A stretch of 62,087 nucleotides of DNA, filler included, from Sluysia triapertura (lineage: Eukaryota): assembly GCA_046118255.1 (NCBI GenBank). It is 5 parts of 5 records of this genome, joined end to end, with 100 filler letters (N's around TTAATTAATTAA, not from the genome) between each part and the next. Parts side by side here need not be neighbours in the genome. Positions count along the whole stretch, not along the records: positions 10,959 to 23,888 come from JBJNIA010071947.1; positions 23,989 to 38,029 come from JBJNIA010008103.1; 3 more parts are not named here. One strand, 5' to 3'. The notes beneath the pieces were generated by a model. The model was not told where the DNA came from, did no database searches, and was given only the letters and a program-made list of their open reading frames with translations. The position numbers and the translations under genes were made by a program. Position 1 is the first letter of the stretch; each line of letters begins with the position of its first letter. Below, piece by piece: positions 14,450 through 27,900 of this stretch.

Positions 14450-15000
14450 TTAAGATGAAGTAAAATATTTAAAATTACTTAGTAACGATACAACTGAAGA
14501 ATTAGAATGTTATAAATGCTTTTACACTCAAATGCTAACCTTGCAAAAATGAATGTTACTGGAGTCTTTTCACTTCTTAATGCAAGATAGCAGAAAGTGT
14601 CTTCTCCAGGAGCATATCATAAATGATTTTAATGATATAATATGTTCTTTATATGATATTCAGAGTTTTGCAAAAATATTAATGAACATGTTGTCAATCT
14701 TCAGAAGGTTTTGAATTGTTTGAAGTTCAACATATTATCAATAAGTATATATCGCAAAGGCGAAATGAAGTTTACTGAACATGTATTAAGTAAAGATACC
14801 ATTGGAAATAAAGGTAATATGATTGTATCCAAACCAACTAACCATGTTGAGTTGCGCATGCTTCTAGGACTCGCTGGTTATAATGGTCAGAAAATCTGTT
14901 CTATCAAGAATTTGTAGAACAGATGAATTTAAATGGAATAAACTCTACGAGAATGATTATCAACGATTAAAATTGGACTTATGTAAAATAAAGGCATACA
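14450..15000 (+). mobile_element. Ty3/gypsy reverse transcriptase / connection domain remnant
   Basis: HVVNLQKVLNCLK...PTNHVELRMLLGLAGYN...EFKWNKLYENDYQRLK. Matches the gypsy P....ELRSFLGLAGYY and F.W motifs. Heavily decayed. Confidence 0.65.
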
Positions 15001-16294
15001 AAAGAAGATCTTTTTGAAATCAGAAGTTAATCCTCATTGATAGAAGTTCACTATTTTAACTTATAACTTACCGTCAGTGTCCTTGTTTTGTAAGTCAATT
15101 AAAAAATCTAATGTTCGAATTTAAAGGTTGTTATTAAAATTGTAAGATAATTCATTCCACTTTTATATTTTGTAGTAAGGTTTTCGAATTATAAAATTCG
15201 AATAATCAAGGAAAATAATATATAAATTAAATTGATAACATTACTTTCGTTGAAAATGATCAATTCTCCCAGATTGTTTATATATGGATAGGTAATGATT
15301 AAATATTTATAAGCAACTTATCCAATTGAACTTGTAAAACTTATATTAAAGTGGCGGAAATCAAATCATATATGCAAAATTAATATTATATATAATTATT
15401 GTTTTATTATTATTGTAGTTATTGTTATATTAGTATTAATATAATTATAATTATATATCTATAAAATAATATGTGAATATCAATAAAATACTTTAAAAAC
15501 TAGAGTCCACTTATGATTCTAGTCTTACGAGTTACGGATAGTTCGTGAACTTACTAGAGGTAAAATTTTGTTGATATGGTTTTGGCAGTAAAAATTAGTA
15601 TTTATTTAATTATGTTAGTTGGTGAGAGTATTAATTATTAATTAAATATCATTCTTCTAGGTAGGACTAAGTGTTTTATGGTAATTTTTATAGGATTACT
15701 TTTTATTGTTTGTTTTACTCTGGCTTGTAATTCACAAATTTTTTTATTTTACTTCGATTTCTTTTTTATACGAATTCGGTGTAAAATTAAAATTCTCTGA
15801 TGTAAGTCAATAAATGTTTAACAAATTATGAATATTTATTCAATAATACAAGTTTAAACAACAAATTAATTAAATGTCAATAATTAAAAAACAAAATAAA
15901 TCAGGGGTTATAATAAAAATGATAAATTAATGTATTAAGATTACCATTAGTAGAGGGATCTTCTGTTGTAAGTTAAAATTAATTCACTCATTTATCTAAT
16001 TATGACAGCTCAAAATATATCAATTTATAATTTTCACTGGATTTTTCTTTAAAATCAGTTAAGAAAATAAAACTAACAATGTAATTGATCAAGTAATTAG
16101 ATATCTTCAACGGGTTTTACCAGCGAATTGACAAATTCTGACCAAAAGAAGTAGAATTAATAATGTTATAATATTTTAAATCAAAATATTTCGTTGAGGT
16201 TTAATATAAATTTGCTTACTATTTATAGCAATTCTACGACTTTAAAACAATCAAATAATAAAACAAACGTAATAATAACTATTATAATATAACA

Positions 16295-16296
<2 letters not shown>

Positions 16297-16363
<67 letters not shown>

Positions 16364-16394
16364 CAATACATCATCCTTTATATATTTAAAATTT

Positions 16395-16427
<33 letters not shown>

Positions 16428-16462
16428 CAATACATCATCCTTTATATATTTAAAATTTTATA
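16297..16462. repeat. (AAT)n with tandem duplication of a ~40-bp unique tail
   Basis: (AAT)n-AAACAATACATCATCCTTTATATATTTAAAATTTTATAA occurs twice. Confidence 0.9.
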
Positions 16463-17881
16463 AACTATTTTAAATATTATTACAATATGTAGATTACATA
16501 ACCATAGATACATTACATATAACTTCTCATACAAGAAAATTAGTCCCTAATTTCAAATCTTAAAAGATGTGTATAGGTAAAATTTCATCATAATGCAACT
16601 CAAATTATCACAGTTACTCAAGTTGCTCAAAAATAAAATCAAAGGAGCTACCACAGTCAAAATAATCTCCGTCATAAATTATGTCACTTGATATTCCAAA
16701 TTCATCGTTCTCGAGTACATCGTCTAGATTTATAGATGGTTCCAGCTCCAGTGATCTATCCGTTTTCCGCACTTTGGCTTGTTTATGTCATTGATATCTT
16801 CATTTTCTGTAATATATGTAATCGGATTTTCATGTCTTATTTCTTTGTAATTTTGTATGAGAGCATTAGAAGGAATGACAGATTTATCAGGTAAATGTTC
16901 ATGTGCAGAAGAAAGACGCTACTAAGTCTTTTGCCATCTGTTGGCATGATACTTGTTCCCATATAATATTCCCACAATTATTCTAGCCCTGGAAGCCGGA
17001 TTTAACGAAGTATGTGCGATCAAATTAGTGCGTGTAAGGTTAATTATCCCCTTAACCATCCATAAGCTATATACAGCGTTTTAATTATTATATCTAGGTA
17101 GAGCGATACTAATATCTTATCATATAGAACCGCTAGCCAAAATTCGCGGACCTCAGACAAATCTTTCATCCCATGGTCAACAGTTAAAAAGTTCTTAATG
17201 CAAATGCTGAGACGTATTAACTCTTTGAGGCATGATGGCATTAAAAGTGTCACACTTTTTTAGTTACAAATAATGCACGGTAGGATATTTTCTATATCAT
17301 CTTGAAAAATTTAAATTTCTACTAGAACAGCGGTTTAATATTGCACCCACCGTAAATATAAGATAATATGTTTACCAACAGATGCCTACAATTAATTTTT
17401 CAATTTTTATTTTTCATAATTTTATATTTGTATTTATTTAAATAACCCATTTTTGTAAAAAAATATTCTTGTGCAACATGAATCTTTTTATTTTCTAAAT
17501 TAATTTTTTTGAAAAACGTTTGTAAACAGTTTACAATATTAAAATAATTCGCGTTGTAACCTTTATTAGTTATTATTAAAGAAAAAAATTTATTGCTTGC
17601 TAAAAATCGATCGATTTTAATTTATAAAATCTAAAAAACGCTCCTTTATCCGCTGTTGATTTCTTGATTTCAAAACTTTTGAAATTTTTTATTTAAAATT
17701 TTACTTTAAGCCTTTTATTCTAATATACATCCAGATACAAGAAATATGTTCATTATGTCATATTTTTAATTATTTATTGAACAATTTGGTGGGATGTGTG
17801 TTTCGGAGCAGTATAAATTAAATAACATATAAGGATTAAGGTTATTTTATTAATTTTTACTCTCGACAACAATAAAAATAC

Positions 17882-20800
17882 CTGTTTAAAATCATCCTCG
17901 TTCTTAACGGTATAATTTGAATAATCGTGGATTTTTTTTAATTTTTCTTCCACGAAAGACATTTTTGGTAATGGAAAACCATCTGCTATAACTCTGCGTT
18001 TCCAACTGTCAAATTCAGTCGGTAGAAAATTCTGATTTGATACAAATAATAATCTAAACATAGTGACAGATCGACCTATTCTTAATTTCAGTCCCGCGTT
18101 AGTTCTGAAAATAGCAATAACAATCGAGTAAAATAAACAAATATAAACTTCAAAAGTAATTAATAGTACCAGATTTCCGCAAATGTAAGCCTACTCGAAA
18201 ATAAGGCTTTGGGCTTATTATAGGATTTATTTATATTTTGTTATTGTTGGGGTAAAAAGGTCTAAAGTGCCATAACAAAATAAAACTGTTAGACGGGGCT
18301 GATAGCTCAGTGGTAGAGGTCCCGGGTTCGATGCCCGATCAGTCCATTTTACGAAGTCTAACATTATAAATTTCGTAAAAATCAATTTGATACTTTTAAA
18401 TAAATGTTTTGTGTTTAAAATTATCTTATTTTCTACAAATAATACAAAATTTTAGATCCATAATGAAGAAACGAAGTTATACTGCAAAAGAAAAACTTGA
18501 AATTCGTCAAAAATTAAAAGAAAACAACGGAAACGGCTCGAGAAGTGAATGTTAATAATAAAATGATTCATAAATGGAGAAGCAATGAAGATAAGCTTTT
18601 AAACACCAGTAATAAATCAAGCACAAAAAACAATCGGAAGTGATAGAAAAGCATAATTATGTGAGTTAGAAGACATGCTTTATGTGTGGGTTCGTGAAGA
18701 AAGATCAGTTTATAAGCGAATAATTTATTTAAATATGCTAAGATTAGGAATAGAGTGCTGAATTACAAATATTAACAAAAGTAAGCAACAGTTGTTCTTT
18801 GAAATTTCTAAAAAGAAACAATTTATCATCGAGACGAATCACAAGCATTAGTAAAGAGGATAACAGATCCGCAGAAAAGCGAGAGAAGAAAATATCATAA
18901 ATAATAATATATTGTTATATGTTCCCTTATGTTTTATTTAACTCGAGTATAACCCAGGGCACATTTGGAATTTTTAAATTTTCCAAAATTTCACGTTTAT
19001 GTGGGCCTATATTTGAGGAAATCCGGTAATAATAAAAAATCGTGATGGAAAACCAAAAATACAGTAAAATATCGTTTTATTACCATTTCAGATCTTATGG
19101 CATTAAAAGAATAATTGCAATAAATCAAGTTTTTAAGAAATTAACAAAATTATTAAATTTTTTGACAGTAAAAATATTGATTAAATCGAGATATGACTGT
19201 AATTAGCAATTTCCTAATTTTCTCATTAACCAACAGCATCTTTACTTAAAATGTATCTTATAATTTATTAAGTTGCTCAATGTATTTACCAGATAAGCTT
19301 GAGGTATTTAAATTGTTTTACAACGAAGACAAAAATGAATTTTCAAAATGAAGACGTAGTAATGTTTTGATTGGTTAATTTTAACAATTACAGTGTAATT
19401 GAGCATTATTATTATTATCTGTTGTAAAACATAAAGTACACTTCAATTATACAAATTACTAAAATCTGATACATGCATGCACACATACATACATCTTTAG
19501 CAGAAAAAATAAAACAATATTTTATTATTTTTTGATTTTAATACTTTATGTCTTCGAAAAATATCACTGCAGAATTAAATATTCATTAAACATTAATTTT
19601 AAGCGTATATTATCGACTGTATTATTATTATATTTAAATAATGTTTCCCTAAGTCGTTTTAAGAAAATGTTTCATAGATATGATACTTTACTTGTGAAAA
19701 AATTGAAATTTGTTTTCAATTACATTTTCATACACGTTGCTTTAGTTCTTCATTAATGGCTTATATATATCCCATTGTTTGTTTCACAGTTACTTTGATA
19801 ATTTAAGTTTCGTTGGTTCACATTTACTTTTTTTAATCTGTAATGACAACGTGATGTTTACGTAACAACATAATTACTCCCAGAAATCATTTTAATATAT
19901 TAAATCTATATAATTTAAATACATTTTGCGCTTGTAATTTAATATTAATATATGAAAATATAACGAGGGACTATCTAATAATTTCTAAGTACTAAAAAGT
20001 ATTAAAAAAATAGCTTAGAGGTTGTGTAACATTAATAAGATTATGATCGAATAGTTTGTAGAGTTTAATAGCATTTTTTTCTTTTATTGTTTAATGTTAA
20101 ATTCTTACAATTATTGATAATTTTTCTGTACTATATTAATAATCTACAATTATTGTGTTACATAAAATACTTTATAGAATTATTTGGTCAAAAGATATAA
20201 AACTGAAGAAATGAAGTAGAAAACATTCAAATGTCATCAAATTCTTGCGAGTTTCTGGGTGCGTTAATACTGCGAAATTATTTTCCTTACATACATAAAA
20301 CCTTTGAACATGTTTAATATAAATATTGTTGATAAAAATAACGCACTGAAAAAAAAATATTTCGGAAAATTTCACAACAGTAACCAATGACCACTTTTTA
20401 CCTAAAAACACGACAATTTTGAAAATAAGAGAAAAATAAATATAAACTGATATGTTGCTTATTGAAATTTAAGAAAATCACACTTTATGCAGTCATGAAA
20501 AGTCAGCATACAAAATTAGAATCCTTGACTTATAAATGAATTTGGCATCGCAAAATAAGTAATTGTAATAAAACAAAAATATGCTTCAATTTTGATGTAA
20601 ATCAATTTGGAATTAATTTCGTTTGAGAGATACCTATGCGACACATTAAGCCAAAGAATTTCTCCCGATACAACAATGTCTAAACAGTTAAACAATTAAA
20701 ACTTATCACTTAAATTGTAATAAAATCAAAAGATCATATTTAATCCTGTTTTCATTAGATTATAAATCCAAAAATAAAAAACCTGTCTTCTAACGTTATG

Positions 20801-22288
20801 TCGCAAAACAATTTTGATTAATTTTACAAAAATGTCTGACTAATTACATTTAACTACAACTACGCTTACATATCCATATTTCCATTTTTTAATATATAAA
20901 AATCTAAAAATTATGAACGTTAACTTTCAGAATCTTTAGACATTGTAATATTTCATTAAAATACTTTACAAAATAAGAGAAAAATAACAATTTCAATAAT
21001 TTATTTAAAAAAACATTTAAATCATCAAAAATATAACAATGTTAAATACTTTGAAGTTTAAATCATTAGTTTCTAATTAAATTCGTATCATACAATTTTT
21101 AATGATGCGTAATATTTAGCATAACGCAATTTACAAATATTGAAATGAGTTTAAATTACTGATATTTAAAAACACTGTTTACTTTTCAAGTAACAATTGC
21201 AATCAACAGTTTTATTACTAAAACTTGAGTTTAATTTTTCCGATATAAATTATTGAGTAATAATTAAATCTACCTTGTTGAACCCAAATCGTAAATTTTA
21301 ACGGTTTCAACTGCTTCAATTATTTCCGCAATTCTGTAAATAGGAGATACTTCTGGACCTTCGCCAATATTTACACGAACAAAACAGCCTTTCACTATTT
21401 CCTGAAAAAATTCATACATTAACAAAAAGAAAGCACCTTGAAAAAAGGCATATGAACCCATTTTTCTAAACGATGCCTAGATAATCGTATTTTAGATAAA
21501 TCTTCTACAGTTTCTACAACTTTATTCTCTACGACATCTTCTTGATCATCAAAATGATCTGAATCTGAACTTGAAAGTATTTCTGTTTGACTATTGAAAA
21601 TTGAATAAGAATACGTATAAGCTTACTTAACATTTGGTACTTTCTTTTCTTCAATATCACTAATATCGGATTCACTATTCTTTTTCATTGTATCTTCTCG
21701 GTGTATTTTATCTAATTTTTCTTTTCTTTGTTTAACTTGTTTATTTAATTGACTTAAGGCATCAATCTTTGATTTCTAGATACAATAAAATCAAATGTTT
21801 AATATAATTAACTTTCTGTATATCAACAGTTTTCTGCCTTTCGAAAAGAATCGAAACCTTAGATTTCTTTTGCACTGGTATTGATTCATTAGACAAAGAA
21901 CTTTTATCCGATTCATCATCACTATTGAAAATTTCTGACAATGAACGCTTATTGACATTCCTATTTTTTGTTTGATCCTTTTTCTTTTGCTCATTTAATT
22001 TTTTCGCAGCCTTTTGCCGACTTTTCATGTCATTTAACTCTTTAGCTCTTTTGAAAATTTCTTCTTCTCTTTCTTTTTCAGTCATATTAAGTAACTTGGT
22101 CCTATCGTCGCTATTTTTGATGTATTTCTCAAAATTTGTAAAATCATCATCACTTGATAATTCACCTTCTTCCACATCAGACTCGATTTTATTCTTTCTG
22201 TCATCAATAATCTTTAAATATAAATAAATAATACAATATATCATATTACATCCTCATCGCTGGATTCAAATTTATGTTTATTTGACAT
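17882..22288 (-). CDS. RTF1: RNA polymerase-associated protein RTF1 (PAF1 complex, Plus3 domain), 5' six exons; 3' exons not located
   Basis: Exons 22288-22250, 22211-21813, 21775-21627, 21590-21437, 21401-21274 and 18104-17882, all GT-AG and in frame. Motifs [73 protein letters not shown]. Confidence 0.93.
18169..19026 (+). mobile_element. Internally deleted pogo/Tigger DNA transposon in the long RTF1 intron
   Basis: TA-flanked TIRs CCAGATTTCCGCAAATGTAAGCCTAC and GTGGGCCTATATTTGAGGAAATCCGG. Internal [14 protein letters not shown]...IHKWR...[14 protein letters not shown]...[13 protein letters not shown]. Confidence 0.85.
18245..18363 (+). mobile_element. tRNA-Ala-cassette element, copy 2 (119 bp, TSD TTAT; anticodon arm deleted)
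   Basis: TTAT at 18241-18244 and 18364-18367. Termini TGTTGG...GTCTAACA. Nested in the pogo element. Confidence 0.9.
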
Positions 22289-23888
22289 TTCTAAAATAAA
22301 CAAATATGGTTGGTTATTTCTCGTTAAATTAAATAAAATAATCAAACATATGATAATCTTCTATATACTAAAAATAGATAGACCTTGACAATATTAATAT
22401 TAAACTTAATTATAAATAAATTAACGTATTGTAATTTAATAAAATCTTATTTTTAAAATAAATTATTAGTTAAAGTATTATTTATTCTTAAACATAAGTG
22501 TAATGTTAAAACGTGTGTTTAAAAAACTATATATGAATATACTTAATTGTAATTTAATAATTCTATGCTTACAAAATTTGTTCCATGCATCACTTTTAAA
22601 TTTGTCAAAGGTTAATTATACGTTTAAACAAAAGGAAAAATATCTGTATACTATTTTTTAGGTAATCTAATAAATAGTTATATATTGAATTTATATATAA
22701 ATTATTATATATAATATATTCAACTGAATTTGAATTTATATTAATATTAAAAATATAATAAATTTAAATTTATAATTAGTAAGATAAGGTGCATTAAAGT
22801 GCACATTTATGTATTCATCATAAACAATAGACATTGATATAAAATAACAAAAATATAATAAAATAATATTGAAAAAAGAATTCAGACAAAAATAATTAGA
22901 ATCATTTTAAGTATTAAATATTACCTTAAAGATTAACATTTCAAGATTCTTGAAAATTTTGAAAACTTTAAAAACCTTTAAAATCTTACAATAGTTCTTA
23001 AACTTTTAAAGGTTTATGATCTTCGAAGTCTTTAGACCTTTACAAATCCAAATTTTTTAAGTATTCCTAACAAAATATTACTTACACCAGAACATATTAA
23101 ACTTCAAACCTTTAAAAATTTTAACATTCAAACTCATAAAACTTCTCAATGTAACCTAATAAATTTAATAATTGTGATAATGAAATTTTATATCTTCTCT
23201 ACACATGATACCTTTTTATACACTATTCAAATTAATAATCTATGTACTAAAATAATAACGAATAGACAAAAATAAATACAAAATAAGAATCACAATTAAA
23301 AGAAGAAAAAGGGACTAAATTAAACATCGAATATATTGAAGTAAGAAATGAAGAATTAAAATTAAACATAGATCAACTTGAGGAAAAAATAAGAAAGAAA
23401 CAAAAGCAATAAGTGATTATTGTCATAAAAGAAATATTATCTTATCAGTTTGTTTATAAATCAACTGAAGAAAATCACTAGTAGTGCCTAATTTGGAAAT
23501 CATTATAGAAGAACCTAAAGAATCTGTAGATAATTCGAAATCAGTTGAATGAAATTTGCTTAATAAAATAGATACTCCATTAGAACACAGTCAAGAAATT
23601 GAAGAAAATAAAAAAACAGATAACGGCATCAATTTTTACTGAAATAAAAGAAAAATCAAGTGATTTGTTGTGTTTTTTGTTAAAATCAATAACCCTTTTT
23701 AAAAACTGAAATCAAACAAAACTAAATCTCTATATATTTTTATATATCAATTATACAAATCAAATATTATAGCACAAATCTTTATATCACAGTTATAGTT
23801 ATAATAATAAAACCTTTTATCTAGTTAGTCAAATTCTGTAATAAATTAATTCTTTTTAAAAATCTCAGGGGTCACACAACATAAATGT

Positions 23889-23988
23889 NNNNNNNNNNNN
23901 NNNNNNNNNNNNNNNNNNNNNNNNNNNNNNNNTTAATTAATTAANNNNNNNNNNNNNNNNNNNNNNNNNNNNNNNNNNNNNNNNNNNN
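23889..23988. other. Artificial contig-joining linker
   Basis: N44-TTAATTAATTAA-N44. Confidence 0.95.

Positions 23989-24063
<75 letters not shown>
23989..24063. repeat. (AGT)n microsatellite at contig start
   Basis: About 25 AGT units. Confidence 0.95.
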
Positions 24064-24942
24064 TCGACTTAAGTTTTGTACTAATATTATTAAAAAATAA
24101 TTCGAATGATAATACTGTTTATTTTTAATATTATTTATTTTCTGAAAGTAAAATGTGCTACTTATATTCGTAAATAACTAATTTCTTGGAAAATTAACAT
24201 TTTTATACACGAAGTACAATTATTTGTGCATTTTTTTCTTCTGATTTGATGGATATAATTTAATGGCAAAGCTAAATAATGAATTTGAAAATGTTTTGAC
24301 AAGTTTCCCGTGATCATACATATCTTTATTCTTAAATGTACGAAGCAACAATTTATCTCATTTAAATAAATTTTTAATAACTGGAATTAGTTGATTAGTT
24401 GAGTGATATATCAAGCATAAATCATTTAAGACAGTTGAAAGATGAAGGTAAAGGTAAGTCTAACTTTATACGAAGAAAAGTTATCCATAAAAGTAAGTCG
24501 TATTCAAGGTAAAGATTATAACACAATTATAATACATATTGAAATTTAATTTGTTATACTATAAAACGATTTCAAAGGAATAGCTGTAAAAATTAAATTT
24601 AAAAGAAATGAATGAAAGAGAAATTGAATTAGTTATATTTGTTATATTTAGTTATATTTAGTACAACAATGGGTTCAAATAACGCATTTTAACAAATTGT
24701 CCAAACAATATTCGCTATTTATGGCCAAATTTTAAAACTAGGTTAATTTAAAAGCTTTTTGAGTAGTAGTTTAAATTCGTACATTATCCCCTTCATACAA
24801 GATCAAATATCATTTTTCTTTTATATTTTATCGTTTTTATCTTTATATTTTTAAGTTTGTACTTACGAAACTTACTAGAAATGCTGCAAAAAGATAATGA
24901 AGATAAACTCGAAATGCAAGATACTTTATATTTATATTTAAG

Positions 24943-27900
24943 ATATTCGAATGGTGGTATTACAAGAAATATGGCACATCATTTATCGAACAAATTTCTC
25001 TCAATCATATTTCCCCGTACTTGGGAAATGGTGAAGAAGAAATTGAAAGTGATAATCAAGAAAATACCAGTACACCAAATTGTATTCAAGGTTGGTTTTA
25101 TTACAAAATTTTCAACAAACAAATTATTGCCACATTGGTCTGCCTCAGATGCTAAAGAGTCTTCTTCTGTCTTCTGCTTGGCTAATTTCGACCTTACATT
25201 GTATTAATACTTGAATTATTCGAATTGGAAACATGCAGAATATTTATTGAACGTGTACATGGGATGGACATAAATAAACTCATATGCAATAAACACAAAT
25301 CAGTAAACAGATGAGTTTACACAATAGTTATCTAATATTTCTATCACAATCAAAGTTTACCATAATAGATCTACCATCTATGCATTTAGCCTAGTCAGAA
25401 TATTTGAGTAAAAGAGATTTGTTTTCCACATTTATTGCCATATTGTCAAGGTGTAGTTTTCCTTCAATCTACAGTAAATCCCCTCCCGAAGAACGAGGGA
25501 TTACGTTATACGATATTTGAATTACTTATACATTTGTAAGTAATGCGTATTTCAATTAAAATGAAATTAAATAGAGAATTCATAGACCTGATAATTTCCT
25601 TATATTAGGTTATTGCAATCGTTCTCGTCATTATATGAAACTATTTGTTTTACAAAGACTTTTGATGTTTGGCGAAGTGTTCTGCTCTACAAGATTAAAG
25701 TAATCGTTTTTGCCTATATTATTTGTTTGCCTTTTTTGTCACGTCGACAAAAAATCGCATTTTTGACACCTTCTTTTCGCCTTTTTTAATCGAGGTCAAA
25801 AAGCGAGATATTTGTGCTATATTAAAGAAGACGCTATAGCTGATAGAACTGTTTGGGATTGGTTTGCCAGGTTGAAACACGATAATTTCGACCTCAACGA
25901 TGTTCCTCGTTCCGGAAGATCAGTCGAGATGGAAGAGGACCAACTCGGAGATCTTTTGAAGGAAGATGGCTGCCAGGCATGCAGAGAATTATGCGAAAAG
26001 ATGAATTGTGATTTTGCCACCTTTGATATATAATCAAGTCATTGATATTGATTGAAATACATTTCAATTTAGATTGTAAATTATGGAGAAATCCCTACAG
26101 TTTATTCCGAGGTGCAGAGTATAATCGTTTAACAAAAGAGACAGGAAAAGAACCTTTAACATACTACGACATGAATTTGACTGCTCAGGATCACCAGACA
26201 TTGTTTACTTGTGAATCGGATCAAGGTAAACCGGAATACGAATGTAAGTTTGAAATTTTGATTAAGTTTAAACTTCGGTTTTAAGTTTCAATTTTAATAA
26301 GTTTCAATTTCAATAAAGAGACTGCTCGGGAATCGAACTTGGGACCTCTCGCTTCGATGCTCTGACCAATAGGCTATCAATTTTATTTTATTACAGTCAA
26401 TTATACTATCATTATTCTAAATGGAACTTTAAGCCTTTACCTCAACATTTGCAATGCAATAAAATATATATTTTTTGAATAAAATATTTTATGAATAAAA
26501 CGAATCAAGGAAAGATTTAAATTTGAGAAACATCGGAACTCCAGAATTAGAAAAAAATGATTGGTTAAGTAGCAAGATCTTTTAGATAAACGATTCTATG
26601 CGTATTCCGATTGATATTAATATTTCGTAAGCCTAAAAATATTCTTACTTAAACTTTTGTTTCAAATTATTTCTTGAAACATATTTATATATTTTTATTA
26701 GTGTAATTAAAAACTGATGCAAAATGTAAAATAAAACAAAAATAAAGTTTACCGCTAATTATTATTATATTATTGTAATAATTATATAATAACTATTATA
26801 ATATGTTTGCTTAAGGATTGTGTTGTTTAAAGTTATAAAATGTTTATTCAACTTGTAAAACTTTTGTCAATTATTATTCACGTTTATATTATTCGAAACT
26901 CGTTAGGTAAAATTATTCGTCAGATGAAATCGCATTTTAATTCTAACAACTCATGTGAAAATATCAAGGTCTTATAATTACTAAACACATATTGAGCTGA
27001 AGTTTTGAAATAATCGTTCAATTTAAAGTCACATCAGCTTCATAAAATTTGAATTTTTAATTATTATTTTCAATTATAATTTTGTGTTACTCAAAGCTCA
27101 TGTGGAAAGAAGAAACATTGTAGGATTGTACACACTGATGTTTGTCCAGGAAAAAATTTAAACAACATTTAAAATATTTGTCTCACGTGAAGAAAAAGCA
27201 AAAATCTAAAATAATTTCTAATATATGTGTGGTAAATGCAACAATTATGTTTATCTTTTACATCCAAAGAAGGGAATAATATGTAATGAATATGTTTCAT
27301 TCATGTAGTTCTAGAGTTTCATAACTGATTATGATTCATGGATAGTGTTAATGGTCCACTTCACAATGCACAATTTTATTTCTAACAAAACTTTAAAGTT
27401 TAAAAAGACATTAAAATCAAAACAAATCAAATTTTAAAACCATTGTGGATAATATTATGAAGCAATTAAATTTATTTCAAGATGTTAGCTGATTATTCGA
27501 AAGTGATGTATATATTGAGATTAACAAATAATAGTTAGATTCAAAATTTAATATAAAATTTGATTTCAAATTTATCTCGTTTATTTTTAAATTATAAAAC
27601 TTTTCGATTATTAACTTTATGAGATTTATAAGATTTGGGAGATTTGGGAGAATTTATCAAACTTCATAAATACAATACAAATAGAATGAAATCCAAAACT
27701 CGAGAGTCCGCACTTTTCTAACACCAAACTGATCTTGAATGTAATAGAGTATTTGGTGTGGTATAAACGATTCCATAGAGGAGAATGTTTGACTTTGGTC
27801 GAATCTGTATAATTTTGAAATGAAGCAAATTTTACGCATAGTTATGAAGAAGTGAGAGTGAGAAAAAGAGTTATAGTTAAGTATTAAAAGAAATTGAAAT

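Noticed and set aside
22288-24943. RTF1/ST7 head-to-head pair with a bidirectional promoter
   Set aside because: An artificial linker at 23889-23988 separates them.
24857-25207. 116-aa ORF from the track
   Set aside because: Wrong frame; the real coding segment is the ST7 exon 24943-25090.
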